Of a stretch of DNA of 11,112 nucleotides, positions 1-6,708 are shown one piece after another (positions within the stretch are counted from its first letter, which is position 1; the number at the start of each line of letters is the position of its first letter). The notes beneath the pieces were generated by a model. That model saw only the letters and a list, made by a program, of their open reading frames with translations. It ran no database searches and had not been told where the DNA came from. Source of the DNA: an uncultured Alphaproteobacteria bacterium (GTDB lineage: Bacteria > Pseudomonadota > Alphaproteobacteria > Rs-D84); NCBI GenBank assembly GCA_947053455.1, contig CAMRSV010000015.1, forward strand, positions 1-11,112, read 5' to 3'. A program made the translations under genes and the position numbers.

Positions 1-2
1 AT

Positions 3-110
3 CCATATCCGTTGCGATTTACGGATTTGGAAACACCACCCGTTGTTGGCGAATATATCCCGAAAAAAACAAATAACAAAACGCAGCCGCCGCACAACGC
101 CAATGCTTAA
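3..110 (+). CDS. 3' end of a gene entering from the left edge (partial, product unknown)
   Basis: Frame 3 is open from the window edge to TAA at 108-110 (..PYPLRFTDLETPPVVGEYIPKKTNNKTQPPHNANA*). It stops 5 nt before a bidirectional terminator and converges on rpmA. Confidence 0.55.
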   Translation, partial: PYPLRFTDLETPPVVGEYIPKKTNNKTQPPHNANA

Positions 111-115
111 TGCAG

Positions 116-142
116 AAAAAATCCCCCATTCGGGGGATTTTT
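116..142. terminator. Bidirectional intrinsic terminator
   Basis: AAAAAATCCCCC-ATTC-GGGGGATTTTT has a T-tract on both strands and lies between converging genes. Confidence 0.9.
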
Positions 143-157
143 ATTACTAGTTGCGGA

Positions 158-424
158 TTATTTCGCCGCATCTTCGGGAACAACCGAAACAGTCTTTCTG
201 TCGCCCAAGCCTTTTTTGAACTTAACAATGCCTGCGATTTTCGCAAACAGTGTATGATCTTTGCCCATGCCGACGTTTTCGCCCGGATGCACGGCTGTGC
301 CACGCTGACGAATAATGATGTTGCCCGGGATTACGCGCTGACCGCCGGACTTTTTAACGCCCAGTCTGCGTCCCGCTGAATCGCGTCCGTTCGACGATGC
401 CGAACCTGCTTTCTTATGTGCCAT
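158..424 (-). CDS. rpmA: 50S ribosomal protein L27
   Basis: [25 protein letters not shown]...[10 protein letters not shown]...[16 protein letters not shown] signature. AGGAG RBS at 432-436. No N-terminal extension. Confidence 0.99.
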   Translation of the reverse strand: MAHKKAGSASSNGRDSAGRRLGVKKSGGQRVIPGNIIIRQRGTAVHPGENVGMGKDHTLFAKIAGIVKFKKGLGDRKTVSVVPEDAAK

Positions 425-467
425 AATTTAACTCCTTTGTAATTTCGGATTTGTTTTTATCCAGAAA

Positions 468-767
468 TTAACCCTTGATTTCCGTGATTTTCAGAACAGT
501 TATAAACTGGCGATGCCCCTTTGTACGACGATAATTCTGGCGACGTTTTTTCTTGAACACCAAAATTTTATCCGCGCGTTTCTGTTCCACAACATCGGCA
601 ATAACTTTGGCGCCCGAAACGAACGGGGTGCCGATTTTATCGCCAACCATCAAAACCTGGTCAAATTCAACCTTGCCCTCGGCATCCAGTTTTTCAACCT
701 TTACAATATCGCCCGCTTTTACGCGATACTGTTTGCCGCCGGTTTGAAAGATTGCAAAATCGCTCAT
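468..767 (-). CDS. rplU: 50S ribosomal protein L21
   Basis: [13 protein letters not shown]...[24 protein letters not shown] signature, in the canonical rplU-rpmA order. Confidence 0.99.
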   Translation of the reverse strand: MSDFAIFQTGGKQYRVKAGDIVKVEKLDAEGKVEFDQVLMVGDKIGTPFVSGAKVIADVVEQKRADKILVFKKKRRQNYRRTKGHRQFITVLKITEIKG

Positions 768-831
768 ATTCTTTCTCTTTGTTAATGTTTTTTATTGTTT
801 ATTTCGGCATTTTGCCGAAAAGTTTATGCAA

Positions 832-859
832 ATTTTACATTAAAACCATAAAAAGTCAA
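832..859 (-). promoter_or_regulatory. sigma70-type promoter for rplU-rpmA
   Basis: TTGACT (859-854), 16 bp, TAAAAT (837-832). Confidence 0.7.
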
Positions 860-882
860 GCGTTTTGACGAAATATTTCAAC

Positions 883-921
883 AAAAAATCCCCCGCGGTA
901 ACATACCGTGGGGGGGGGGAT
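883..921 (-). terminator. Intrinsic terminator of the large Cys-rich gene
   Basis: On - strand: CCCCCACGGTA-TGT-TACCGCGGGGG followed by ATTTTTT, about 15 nt after the stop codon at 937. Confidence 0.85.
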
Positions 922-936
922 ATACGACCGATATTT

Positions 937-3003
937 TTACCAGCCTGGTTTATCATCATCTCCACGATCCCAGTTGCGAACACCATCAATACCGATGCCT
1001 TTCAGACACGCTTCACGTCGCCCCTTTGATGATTTCTCACTGAAACCATCCGCATAGGAATCGCTTAATATTTCAGATATTGTTACAACATTACGGCAGT
1101 TTTTTGTCTTGATATCCGGACCGGGCTCGCAAGACTCTTTATCCTCGACATCTATAACCGCCTGCAATGTGGTATCTGACGTACCGCAAATCATCTGTTC
1201 ATAGCAACTAGGTGCATTAGATACCTGCGAACAGTACGATTTTATACGTTTTGTACTCCAAGAAGAATTATTTTTTTCCTGTGTTGTATAGCAATCGTAC
1301 AAATCGGCCAAGCAATTATTAAAGTTATTAATCGCGTTTTTGTAATCTGTGGCGATTTTTGCCGTTTCTTCCTGCGCGAATTCCAGACGCTTTTGCTGCA
1401 ACGCCTGTTGGGCGGCAACCTTTTGATAGCTTATATTCTGGGCAGTCGTACGCAGTTGTTCACCATATACATCGCATGCCGCATTTGCATCCAACAGATA
1501 TTTTTGCATAACACTGCGACGTGCATCTGCGACCGGCCCACGCAAGCTTGAATACGGATCACCGGACGATGATGCATAACCAAAGCATGACGCACTGCCA
1601 GATGAAGTATTGGAAGAGCCACGTTCATTTAATATAACATCACCGTTAGATGACACGGTCACCTTGCTATTGTAATTATACGGACAAGCTGTTGTTGCAC
1701 CGTTGGCGCATTTGCCACCGGACGGCGGATTACCGCATGCCTCATATATTCCGTTAAAGCATGAATCCAGAACACGACTGCAAACGTTGTTGTGCGCGTA
1801 TTCAAATAAATCATACCCCCATGTATTAGCAATTTTATCCAAACTAGCTGCATCATCGGAATCTTTAGAGCCTGCTACTGTCATTCCAGACACAATATCC
1901 ATAACGCTAGTATATTTTGACAACAAATTATTGTTATCCTTAATCAACATGCTGGCCGCCTTATCCTTTGCATCAGCCCAGGATTTCAAAGAAGCCAAGA
2001 TATCACTGCCGCTGCCACCTAAATCATTTATATCAAACTTGTATGTAGTAGCCATGGTGGTGCAGTATGAAGGTTTCACAGTCAAACTGCACTCTCCCAC
2101 CGAATTATCCTTGTATTCCGGATGAGACTCACACCATTTTTTCATTTTTTCTTCATCGCGAGTTGCCGCAACTTCCATATATGACGCACAATTCATAATC
2201 TTTTCAGCATCTGTTAACAAAAATGCACTGCTGACATCCTTGCCCTTGGTGGCAATTAACAATGCCAATTCACCGGACACCTTAATCAATTCTTCGTTTG
2301 CAGCTTCCAACGCCTTTTGCGCCTGTGAAAATGCCTGCACACGTGCCGCACATGAACAGCGCCCCTGCGACTCGTTACGTGCGGTGCAGATTTCATCCAT
2401 GCATGTGTAATATGATTCCAAGCAGTTGCTGTACGCATCGGCCGAAATCAGCCCAGTTGTGGAATCAATTATGTTTGAATAATTTCCAGTATACAACTTG
2501 CTAGACAGGTATGAATATTGGCTGGATGTGGCGGCCTTGCTGCCACGGATTGCACTGCCCGAGAGGGAAACGCGCGCCATATTTGCGGCGCTGGTTGTTG
2601 CCGCACGCGAACGAACATTGCGCGCATTGGATGCGGTTGTGCGTGTAGATGCACGGTTCGCCACACTGCGTGCGGCGTTTGTTGATGTGGCCGCTGCACG
2701 CGAGGCGGATGTTGCGCCAACCGTCGCACGCGATGTTGTTGCGCGGCTTGAAACTGTGCGTGCCGTTGTTGCGCCACGCGGATTAGTGGCGGTCGATGTG
2801 TTTGTGCTGCGCGGACTGGCGCGACCCGTGCGCGCATTGGCCGCCTGCGGCGTGGCGGCAACAGTCTGCACCGTTGGTGCCACCGGATCCGCAAACACGG
2901 CACGCATAGACACCAATGTCGAACAAACAAAGAATGCACCGGCCAGTAAAAATACCGTCCCCATGGCATTCTTGTAAAAATCTGCGATATTACGGCTTTT
3001 CAT
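937..3003 (-). CDS. Large secreted Cys-rich hypothetical protein (~688 aa) with Ala/Arg/Ser/Thr-rich N-terminal linker
   Basis: Long ORF. The start is placed at ATG 3003 (MKSRNIADFYK) because GGGAG (3015-3011) precedes it. A hydrophobic leader ending ..AVFA is followed by a low-complexity A/R/S/T tract, then 24 Cys and coiled-coil-like Q/E/A/K stretches. Confidence 0.9.
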   Translation of the reverse strand: MKSRNIADFYKNAMGTVFLLAGAFFVCSTLVSMRAVFADPVAPTVQTVAATPQAANARTGRASPRSTNTSTATNPRGATTARTVSSRATTSRATVGATSASRAAATSTNAARSVANRASTRTTASNARNVRSRAATTSAANMARVSLSGSAIRGSKAATSSQYSYLSSKLYTGNYSNIIDSTTGLISADAYSNCLESYYTCMDEICTARNESQGRCSCAARVQAFSQAQKALEAANEELIKVSGELALLIATKGKDVSSAFLLTDAEKIMNCASYMEVAATRDEEKMKKWCESHPEYKDNSVGECSLTVKPSYCTTMATTYKFDINDLGGSGSDILASLKSWADAKDKAASMLIKDNNNLLSKYTSVMDIVSGMTVAGSKDSDDAASLDKIANTWGYDLFEYAHNNVCSRVLDSCFNGIYEACGNPPSGGKCANGATTACPYNYNSKVTVSSNGDVILNERGSSNTSSGSASCFGYASSSGDPYSSLRGPVADARRSVMQKYLLDANAACDVYGEQLRTTAQNISYQKVAAQQALQQKRLEFAQEETAKIATDYKNAINNFNNCLADLYDCYTTQEKNNSSWSTKRIKSYCSQVSNAPSCYEQMICGTSDTTLQAVIDVEDKESCEPGPDIKTKNCRNVVTISEILSDSYADGFSEKSSKGRREACLKGIGIDGVRNWDRGDDDKPGW

Positions 3004-3090
3004 AAATCTTCTCCCTGTGGGTCGGGAATGCCCGAAACCCGGCGATTTTATGGCAATTGGCGTGGCGCCATGTGCCATATATTCTTTGCA

Positions 3091-3119
3091 ATTATAACAT
3101 TTTTATATACCCATGTAAA
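3091..3119 (-). promoter_or_regulatory. sigma70-type promoter with extended -10
   Basis: TTTACA (3119-3114), 17 bp, TATAAT (3096-3091) preceded by TGn. Confidence 0.75.
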
Positions 3120-3120
3120 T

Positions 3121-3141
3121 AAAAAACCCGCAATGCGCGGG
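3121..3141 (-). terminator. Intrinsic terminator of the 3152-3499 gene
   Basis: CCCGC-N5-GCGGG followed by T6 on the - strand, 10 nt after the stop codon. Confidence 0.75.
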
Positions 3142-3151
3142 CAAACATAAA

Positions 3152-3499
3152 TCAAAGCAAACTTTTCAACGAACTGCCAAATTGTTGCACGGTCGCCGTA
3201 ATAGTATCGTCATCAGATTCCTTTGACTTCATACCGCTAACCTTTTGCGTAACAGACTTTTTAACAAAATTGGCGCACTGCTTGGATAAAGACTTCACAT
3301 TTTCAATCAGGCATTCGGTCATTGATTTGGAACCGATTAAAACCTCTGGACATATTTTTTTAATTTCATCGGTATCACATGCCTCGGCCAGGGTCTGCGG
3401 CTCTGCCTTTTTAGACAGCCCCAGCGCATCCAAAATCCCGGCATTTGCCGCCGACACGCACACAAACACCGCACACAAAAAAAATAAAATCTTTTTCAT
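3152..3499 (-). CDS. Secreted protein with one cysteine-rich (GLG1/Cys_rich_FGFR-like) repeat
   Basis: Signal peptide MKKILFFLCAVFVCVSAANA, AGGGGG RBS, and the pattern ACDTDEIKKIC..TECLIENVKSLSKQC. The family call is by eye. Confidence 0.75.
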   Translation of the reverse strand: MKKILFFLCAVFVCVSAANAGILDALGLSKKAEPQTLAEACDTDEIKKICPEVLIGSKSMTECLIENVKSLSKQCANFVKKSVTQKVSGMKSKESDDDTITATVQQFGSSLKSLL

Positions 3500-3523
3500 A
3501 CAACCCCCTTTGATTACGACAAA

Positions 3524-3553
3524 ATAATAGGAATATATTTACACGCCTGTCAA
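3524..3553 (-). promoter_or_regulatory. sigma70-type promoter for the 3152-3499 gene
   Basis: TTGACA (3553-3548), 18 bp, TATTAT (3529-3524). Confidence 0.7.
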
Positions 3554-3601
3554 TTACTTATTTTGATGAATTCTTTTCGCATTTAATATATAATTATGCA
3601 C

Positions 3602-4162
3602 ATGAAAAAACTATTGGTACCTGTAATTTTGGCATCTGTTTTACCGGCCGCGGCACACGCGACGCAAAATTTAATGTTTGGTGCGGACACACGAAATTCC
3701 GTGACACTTTACGCCGCCCAGGGAACGGGTGCAGGCTCGCTTTTCAAACTAATAAATCCGACCGATTGGGATTTTTCACCCCAAACATTTTTTATGCTGC
3801 AATACAGTCAACCAATGGAACTGTTCCGGCTGCCGGCACGAATAAATTTGAATGCGGCGCAAAACATCGCATACCGCGGCTCTGACGGATTATCTTTTTT
3901 CGGGCTGGGGTTATCAATTGATGCGGCGATATTGCAATGGCGAAATTTTTATTTTGGCGCGGGGCTGGGCCCGTATATGCGCAACCGTCGCGATAGATAT
4001 GTTTCCAGCCGCCTGGTATTCGGGGAAAAGGTCTTTATTGGCATGCGGATAAACGAATGCTGGCATGCAGAAATATTCACAATACATTTTTCAAACGGGG
4101 ACTTTACCGAAACAAATCGTGGGTTTAATTTTGCAGGATTAAGCTTTGGGTACAGTTTTTAA
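3602..4162 (+). CDS. PagL-like lipid A 3-O-deacylase / acyloxyacyl hydrolase family outer-membrane beta-barrel
   Basis: Signal peptide MKKLLVPVILASVLPAAAHA, alternating beta-strand pattern, catalytic-type H-F-S-N-G motif followed by N-x-G-x-N, and C-terminal aromatic signature (..FGYSF). Alternative start 3596. Confidence 0.8.
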   Translation: MKKLLVPVILASVLPAAAHATQNLMFGADTRNSVTLYAAQGTGAGSLFKLINPTDWDFSPQTFFMLQYSQPMELFRLPARINLNAAQNIAYRGSDGLSFFGLGLSIDAAILQWRNFYFGAGLGPYMRNRRDRYVSSRLVFGEKVFIGMRINECWHAEIFTIHFSNGDFTETNRGFNFAGLSFGYSF

Positions 4163-4476
4163 CGACAATTTTTGGCAGTTTCCAGTTTTTTCATTATCGC
4201 ACGCGCCACGCCACCACCCGCAAAATTTTCAATAACATCACCAAATTTCGCAATATCGGTTGTCTGCAATTTCTTGCCGGATGCGCAAACACAAACGGCG
4301 GACTTACCGCTTGCCGAATCCGAATACGTACAAAATGTGCTGTGTCCGCGAATATACCTGCATGCGTTATTCCCCAACGGGCAATTAACGGATGATACAA
4401 ATTCATACGAAGGCGCAATAGGCCGAACATCATGCGTCATCATACGCCGAATAACAATTCCATACTTCAAATCCAT
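4159..4476 (-). CDS. Small Cys-rich hypothetical protein (~105 aa)
   Basis: Start placed at ATG 4476 (MDLKYG) after a GGGGTG RBS and downstream of a promoter. The stop codon overlaps the convergent PagL-like stop (TTAA, 4159-4162). Confidence 0.65.
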   Translation of the reverse strand: MDLKYGIVIRRMMTHDVRPIAPSYEFVSSVNCPLGNNACRYIRGHSTFCTYSDSASGKSAVCVCASGKKLQTTDIAKFGDVIENFAGGGVARAIMKKLETAKNCR

Positions 4477-4508
4477 TTCACACCCCAAACAGAATAAAAA
4501 GCCACAAA

Positions 4509-4536
4509 ATAATAATAAAAAGTACCAATTTGTCAA
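4509..4536 (-). promoter_or_regulatory. sigma70-type promoter for the 4159-4476 gene
   Basis: TTGACA (4536-4531), 16 bp, TATTAT (4514-4509). Confidence 0.65.
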
Positions 4537-4558
4537 CAATAAAAACTAAATTTTTTAA

Positions 4559-5098
4559 TTATTGCGCGAAGCAACACGCGCCGTCATCGTCTGCGATTAT
4601 CATACGCCACGGCAATGCCGCGTCCGCGCCGGCGTAATCAATGCCAATGCGTGGTATGCAAACTATTTTTTGAGGCGCGCCCCGTGCCTCAATCCACATG
4701 TCGGGTGAAGTAGTTAAATCCAATTTATTGTCCGCGCGTGTGATGCCAAGCGTCTTGCATAATTTCCCCGGACCATCACACCCCGTATACTGCAACCCAC
4801 GAAGCAATACCGCCGCCGCATGACCAGGCGCACCGACAACAATGTTTAACATATTGTGCAAACCATAGCATAAATAAACATACGCGTACCCACCCGCCAA
4901 AAACATCGCATCGTTTCGCGGTGTGCATTTGCCGCCGAACGCATGACATGCGCGTTCACATTCATCATAAAGTTCTAATTCGCATATCCGCGCGCGTATA
5001 ATTTCACCATTGACCATACGGCGGCACAAATACGCCCCAACCAGACTCCGTGCGGCCTGCATTGGGTCTGTGGTAAAAAATTCACGTGTTAATCGCAT
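4559..5098 (-). CDS. DNA-3-methyladenine glycosylase (AAG/MPG family)
   Basis: RLTREFF..AARSLVG..RICELELY..ACHA..MF..GG.AYVYLCYGLHNMLNIV..AAVLLR..GPGKLCKTLGI..PRIGIDYAG..LPWR motifs. Start M at 5098 preferred; 5110 and 5107 are possible. Confidence 0.95.
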   Translation of the reverse strand: MRLTREFFTTDPMQAARSLVGAYLCRRMVNGEIIRARICELELYDECERACHAFGGKCTPRNDAMFLAGGYAYVYLCYGLHNMLNIVVGAPGHAAAVLLRGLQYTGCDGPGKLCKTLGITRADNKLDLTTSPDMWIEARGAPQKIVCIPRIGIDYAGADAALPWRMIIADDDGACCFAQ

Positions 5099-5224
5099 TG
5101 AATGCATCATAAAACACTTGTACCTAATTCGCCACTTTTTTATTAATACCCGGCACCGGGATAATCAGGGCAAGTGGCGGCAACTAAACATAATCACAAT
5201 AAGCGAATTAAGATAAAACGCCTG

Positions 5225-5253
5225 TCGATATAATAACGACAAAGTGTTAAAAT
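5225..5253 (+). promoter_or_regulatory. Promoter for the VIT1/CCC1 gene (probably leaderless transcript)
   Basis: TCGATA (5225-5230), 17 bp, TGn-TAAAAT (5248-5253), then 7 nt to ATG 5261. No Shine-Dalgarno. Confidence 0.65.
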
Positions 5254-5260
5254 TTTCAGC

Positions 5261-5752
5261 ATGAAAAAGAAATGCAATTTTAAATACACCGGCGCCATGG
5301 TTTTAGGAATGCATGATGCCCTGGTCGAAATTACGGGAATTATCGCGGGTCTGACATTCGCAGTCGAAAGCCGACGCGTAATCGTCATGACAGGTGCAAT
5401 TGCCGCCGTCGCGGCAAGTTTATCCATGGCGGCCGCAAACTATATGGCCCAGCGCGCGGATAAAAAGCCAGATGCATTTATATGCGCCATGTACACCGGC
5501 GCAATGTATATCGCAACCAGCGTAGCGCTACTAGTCCCATTTATAGTAATTAACAACAGATTTCAGGCCTTGGGTGCGATGGGTGCAGTTTTGATTGCAG
5601 TTATAATGTTATTTAACTGGCGCGTGGGAAAAATAAACCATCAACCGTGGGTGCGACCTTTTTTTGAAATGTTGTCGGTATGTCTGGGGGTGTCCGCCGC
5701 ATCATTTTTAATAGGACAGGCGGCAAAATATTTCCTTGGCGTTCAAATATAA
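5261..5752 (+). CDS. VIT1/CCC1 family Fe/Mn transporter (membrane domain only)
   Basis: VLGMHDALVEITGIIAGL and AASLSMAAANYM motifs carry the metal-binding Asp and Met. About 5 hydrophobic segments. Confidence 0.9.
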   Translation: MKKKCNFKYTGAMVLGMHDALVEITGIIAGLTFAVESRRVIVMTGAIAAVAASLSMAAANYMAQRADKKPDAFICAMYTGAMYIATSVALLVPFIVINNRFQALGAMGAVLIAVIMLFNWRVGKINHQPWVRPFFEMLSVCLGVSAASFLIGQAAKYFLGVQI

Positions 5753-5775
5753 AAATCGTGCGGATATCCGCACGA
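5751..5775 (-). terminator. Intrinsic terminator between convergent genes
   Basis: Perfect palindrome TCGTGCGGATATCCGCACGA (5756-5775) with T5 following on the - strand. Confidence 0.85.
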
Positions 5776-5795
5776 CAACCAGAAACTATATGTTT

Positions 5796-6227
5796 TTAAT
5801 GCTGGCGCTGACGTAGTGATTCAACGGTCACCAGCGGCTTTGCCGGATTTGCCCCAAAAACATCACACTTTCCACCGCGGCCGGGCACATAATACATACC
5901 ACAACGACTGTCAACGGCATAATGTGTATCAATACCATTTATGGCATACAATTCCTCTAGCGTCCAATAAACATTGGCGGCACGTTGCCCATTGTCTATC
6001 AATGTCGGAAATTTAGCCAGCGCAACCCAAGTCCCGCGCGTTGTCTTATAACATGTAACACATGAATCAGGATTTTCGGCGACACAACGCCCGCGCGAAA
6101 AATATTCAACATTGGCCTTTGGATATCCTGGATACGATACAACCGTACTGTCCGCATTCGGCGCCTTGCCATCCACAGTCATGGTTATACCGGAAAACCA
6201 TACCGTAAAAATAAACTTTCTTATCAT
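5796..6227 (-). CDS. Hypothetical protein (~143 aa, 5 Cys)
   Basis: Start placed at ATG 6227 (MIRKFIF), 4 nt after the upstream stop codon, which avoids a 62-nt overlap. It is followed by a terminator. Confidence 0.7.
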   Translation of the reverse strand: MIRKFIFTVWFSGITMTVDGKAPNADSTVVSYPGYPKANVEYFSRGRCVAENPDSCVTCYKTTRGTWVALAKFPTLIDNGQRAANVYWTLEELYAINGIDTHYAVDSRCGMYYVPGRGGKCDVFGANPAKPLVTVESLRQRQH

Positions 6228-6231
6228 ATCC

Positions 6232-6567
6232 CTAGCGTCCTTGTGTGCCCTTTGTTTTTCCATATGCTTCAAATCTTTGCATTCTGATTTCATGCACTTT
6301 ATTTTCTATACCACGCAGTATCGAATCCATTTCTTCTGAAACGGTATAGTTTTGCCCATCAATCATCAGCGAACGCACAATATGACTACTATGATTATTA
6401 ATTAACCGACTGCCAAATGTATAACTTTTTTCATAAATGGGCTTAACCCTTGAAAAAATTACCACGCCACCAACAATTACCTGGCCAACTTTTGCAATCC
6501 CGGTTCCCGCATGTTTTTTTGCCTCTTCCAGACGCAGAAGAACCTGCTCTTGTGTCAACTTTTGCAT
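6232..6567 (-). CDS. Hypothetical protein (111 aa)
   Basis: ORF with AAGGT RBS and an upstream promoter. First gene of a likely two-gene operon. Confidence 0.75.
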   Translation of the reverse strand: MQKLTQEQVLLRLEEAKKHAGTGIAKVGQVIVGGVVIFSRVKPIYEKSYTFGSRLINNHSSHIVRSLMIDGQNYTVSEEMDSILRGIENKVHEIRMQRFEAYGKTKGTQGR

Positions 6568-6594
6568 TTTTTACCTTCTTTAATTTTTATTAGC

Positions 6595-6624
6595 ATATTA
6601 TTACACGATAAATCAAATTGTCAA
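6595..6624 (-). promoter_or_regulatory. sigma70-type promoter for the 6567/6227 gene pair
   Basis: TTGACA (6624-6619), 18 bp, TAATAT (6600-6595). Confidence 0.6.
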
Positions 6625-6708
6625 GAATTTCGAGTATTGCCCGTATTTGATACCACTGGTGCCGTTTTATGACAATTTTATATTATCAATGTCAAATTTT
6701 TCAAAAAA

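Noticed and set aside
19-785. ORFs 19-303, 110-379, 513-785 and 553-747
   Set aside because: They overlap rpmA and rplU antisense or out of frame. 19-303 and 110-379 also run through the terminator.
2469-2977. Long alternative ORFs (2498-2977 + and 2469-2969 -)
   Set aside because: They shadow the GC-rich, low-complexity Ala/Arg/Thr-coding segment of the real gene, where stop codons are rare. No RBS or protein-like features.
4477-4539. Hydrophobic N-terminal extension with a lipobox-like FCLGC on the 4159 ORF
   Set aside because: It is translated T-rich promoter/UTR DNA containing the -35, -10 and SD for ATG 4476. Not fully excluded.
4172-4549. 125-aa + strand ORF opposite the 4159 gene
   Set aside because: TTG start with no RBS. 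The - strand frame has the promoter and SD support.
5756-5775. Perfect 20-bp palindrome as a mobile-element end or recombination site
   Set aside because: Its position between convergent stop codons with a T-tract is fully explained by a terminator. No second copy in the window.
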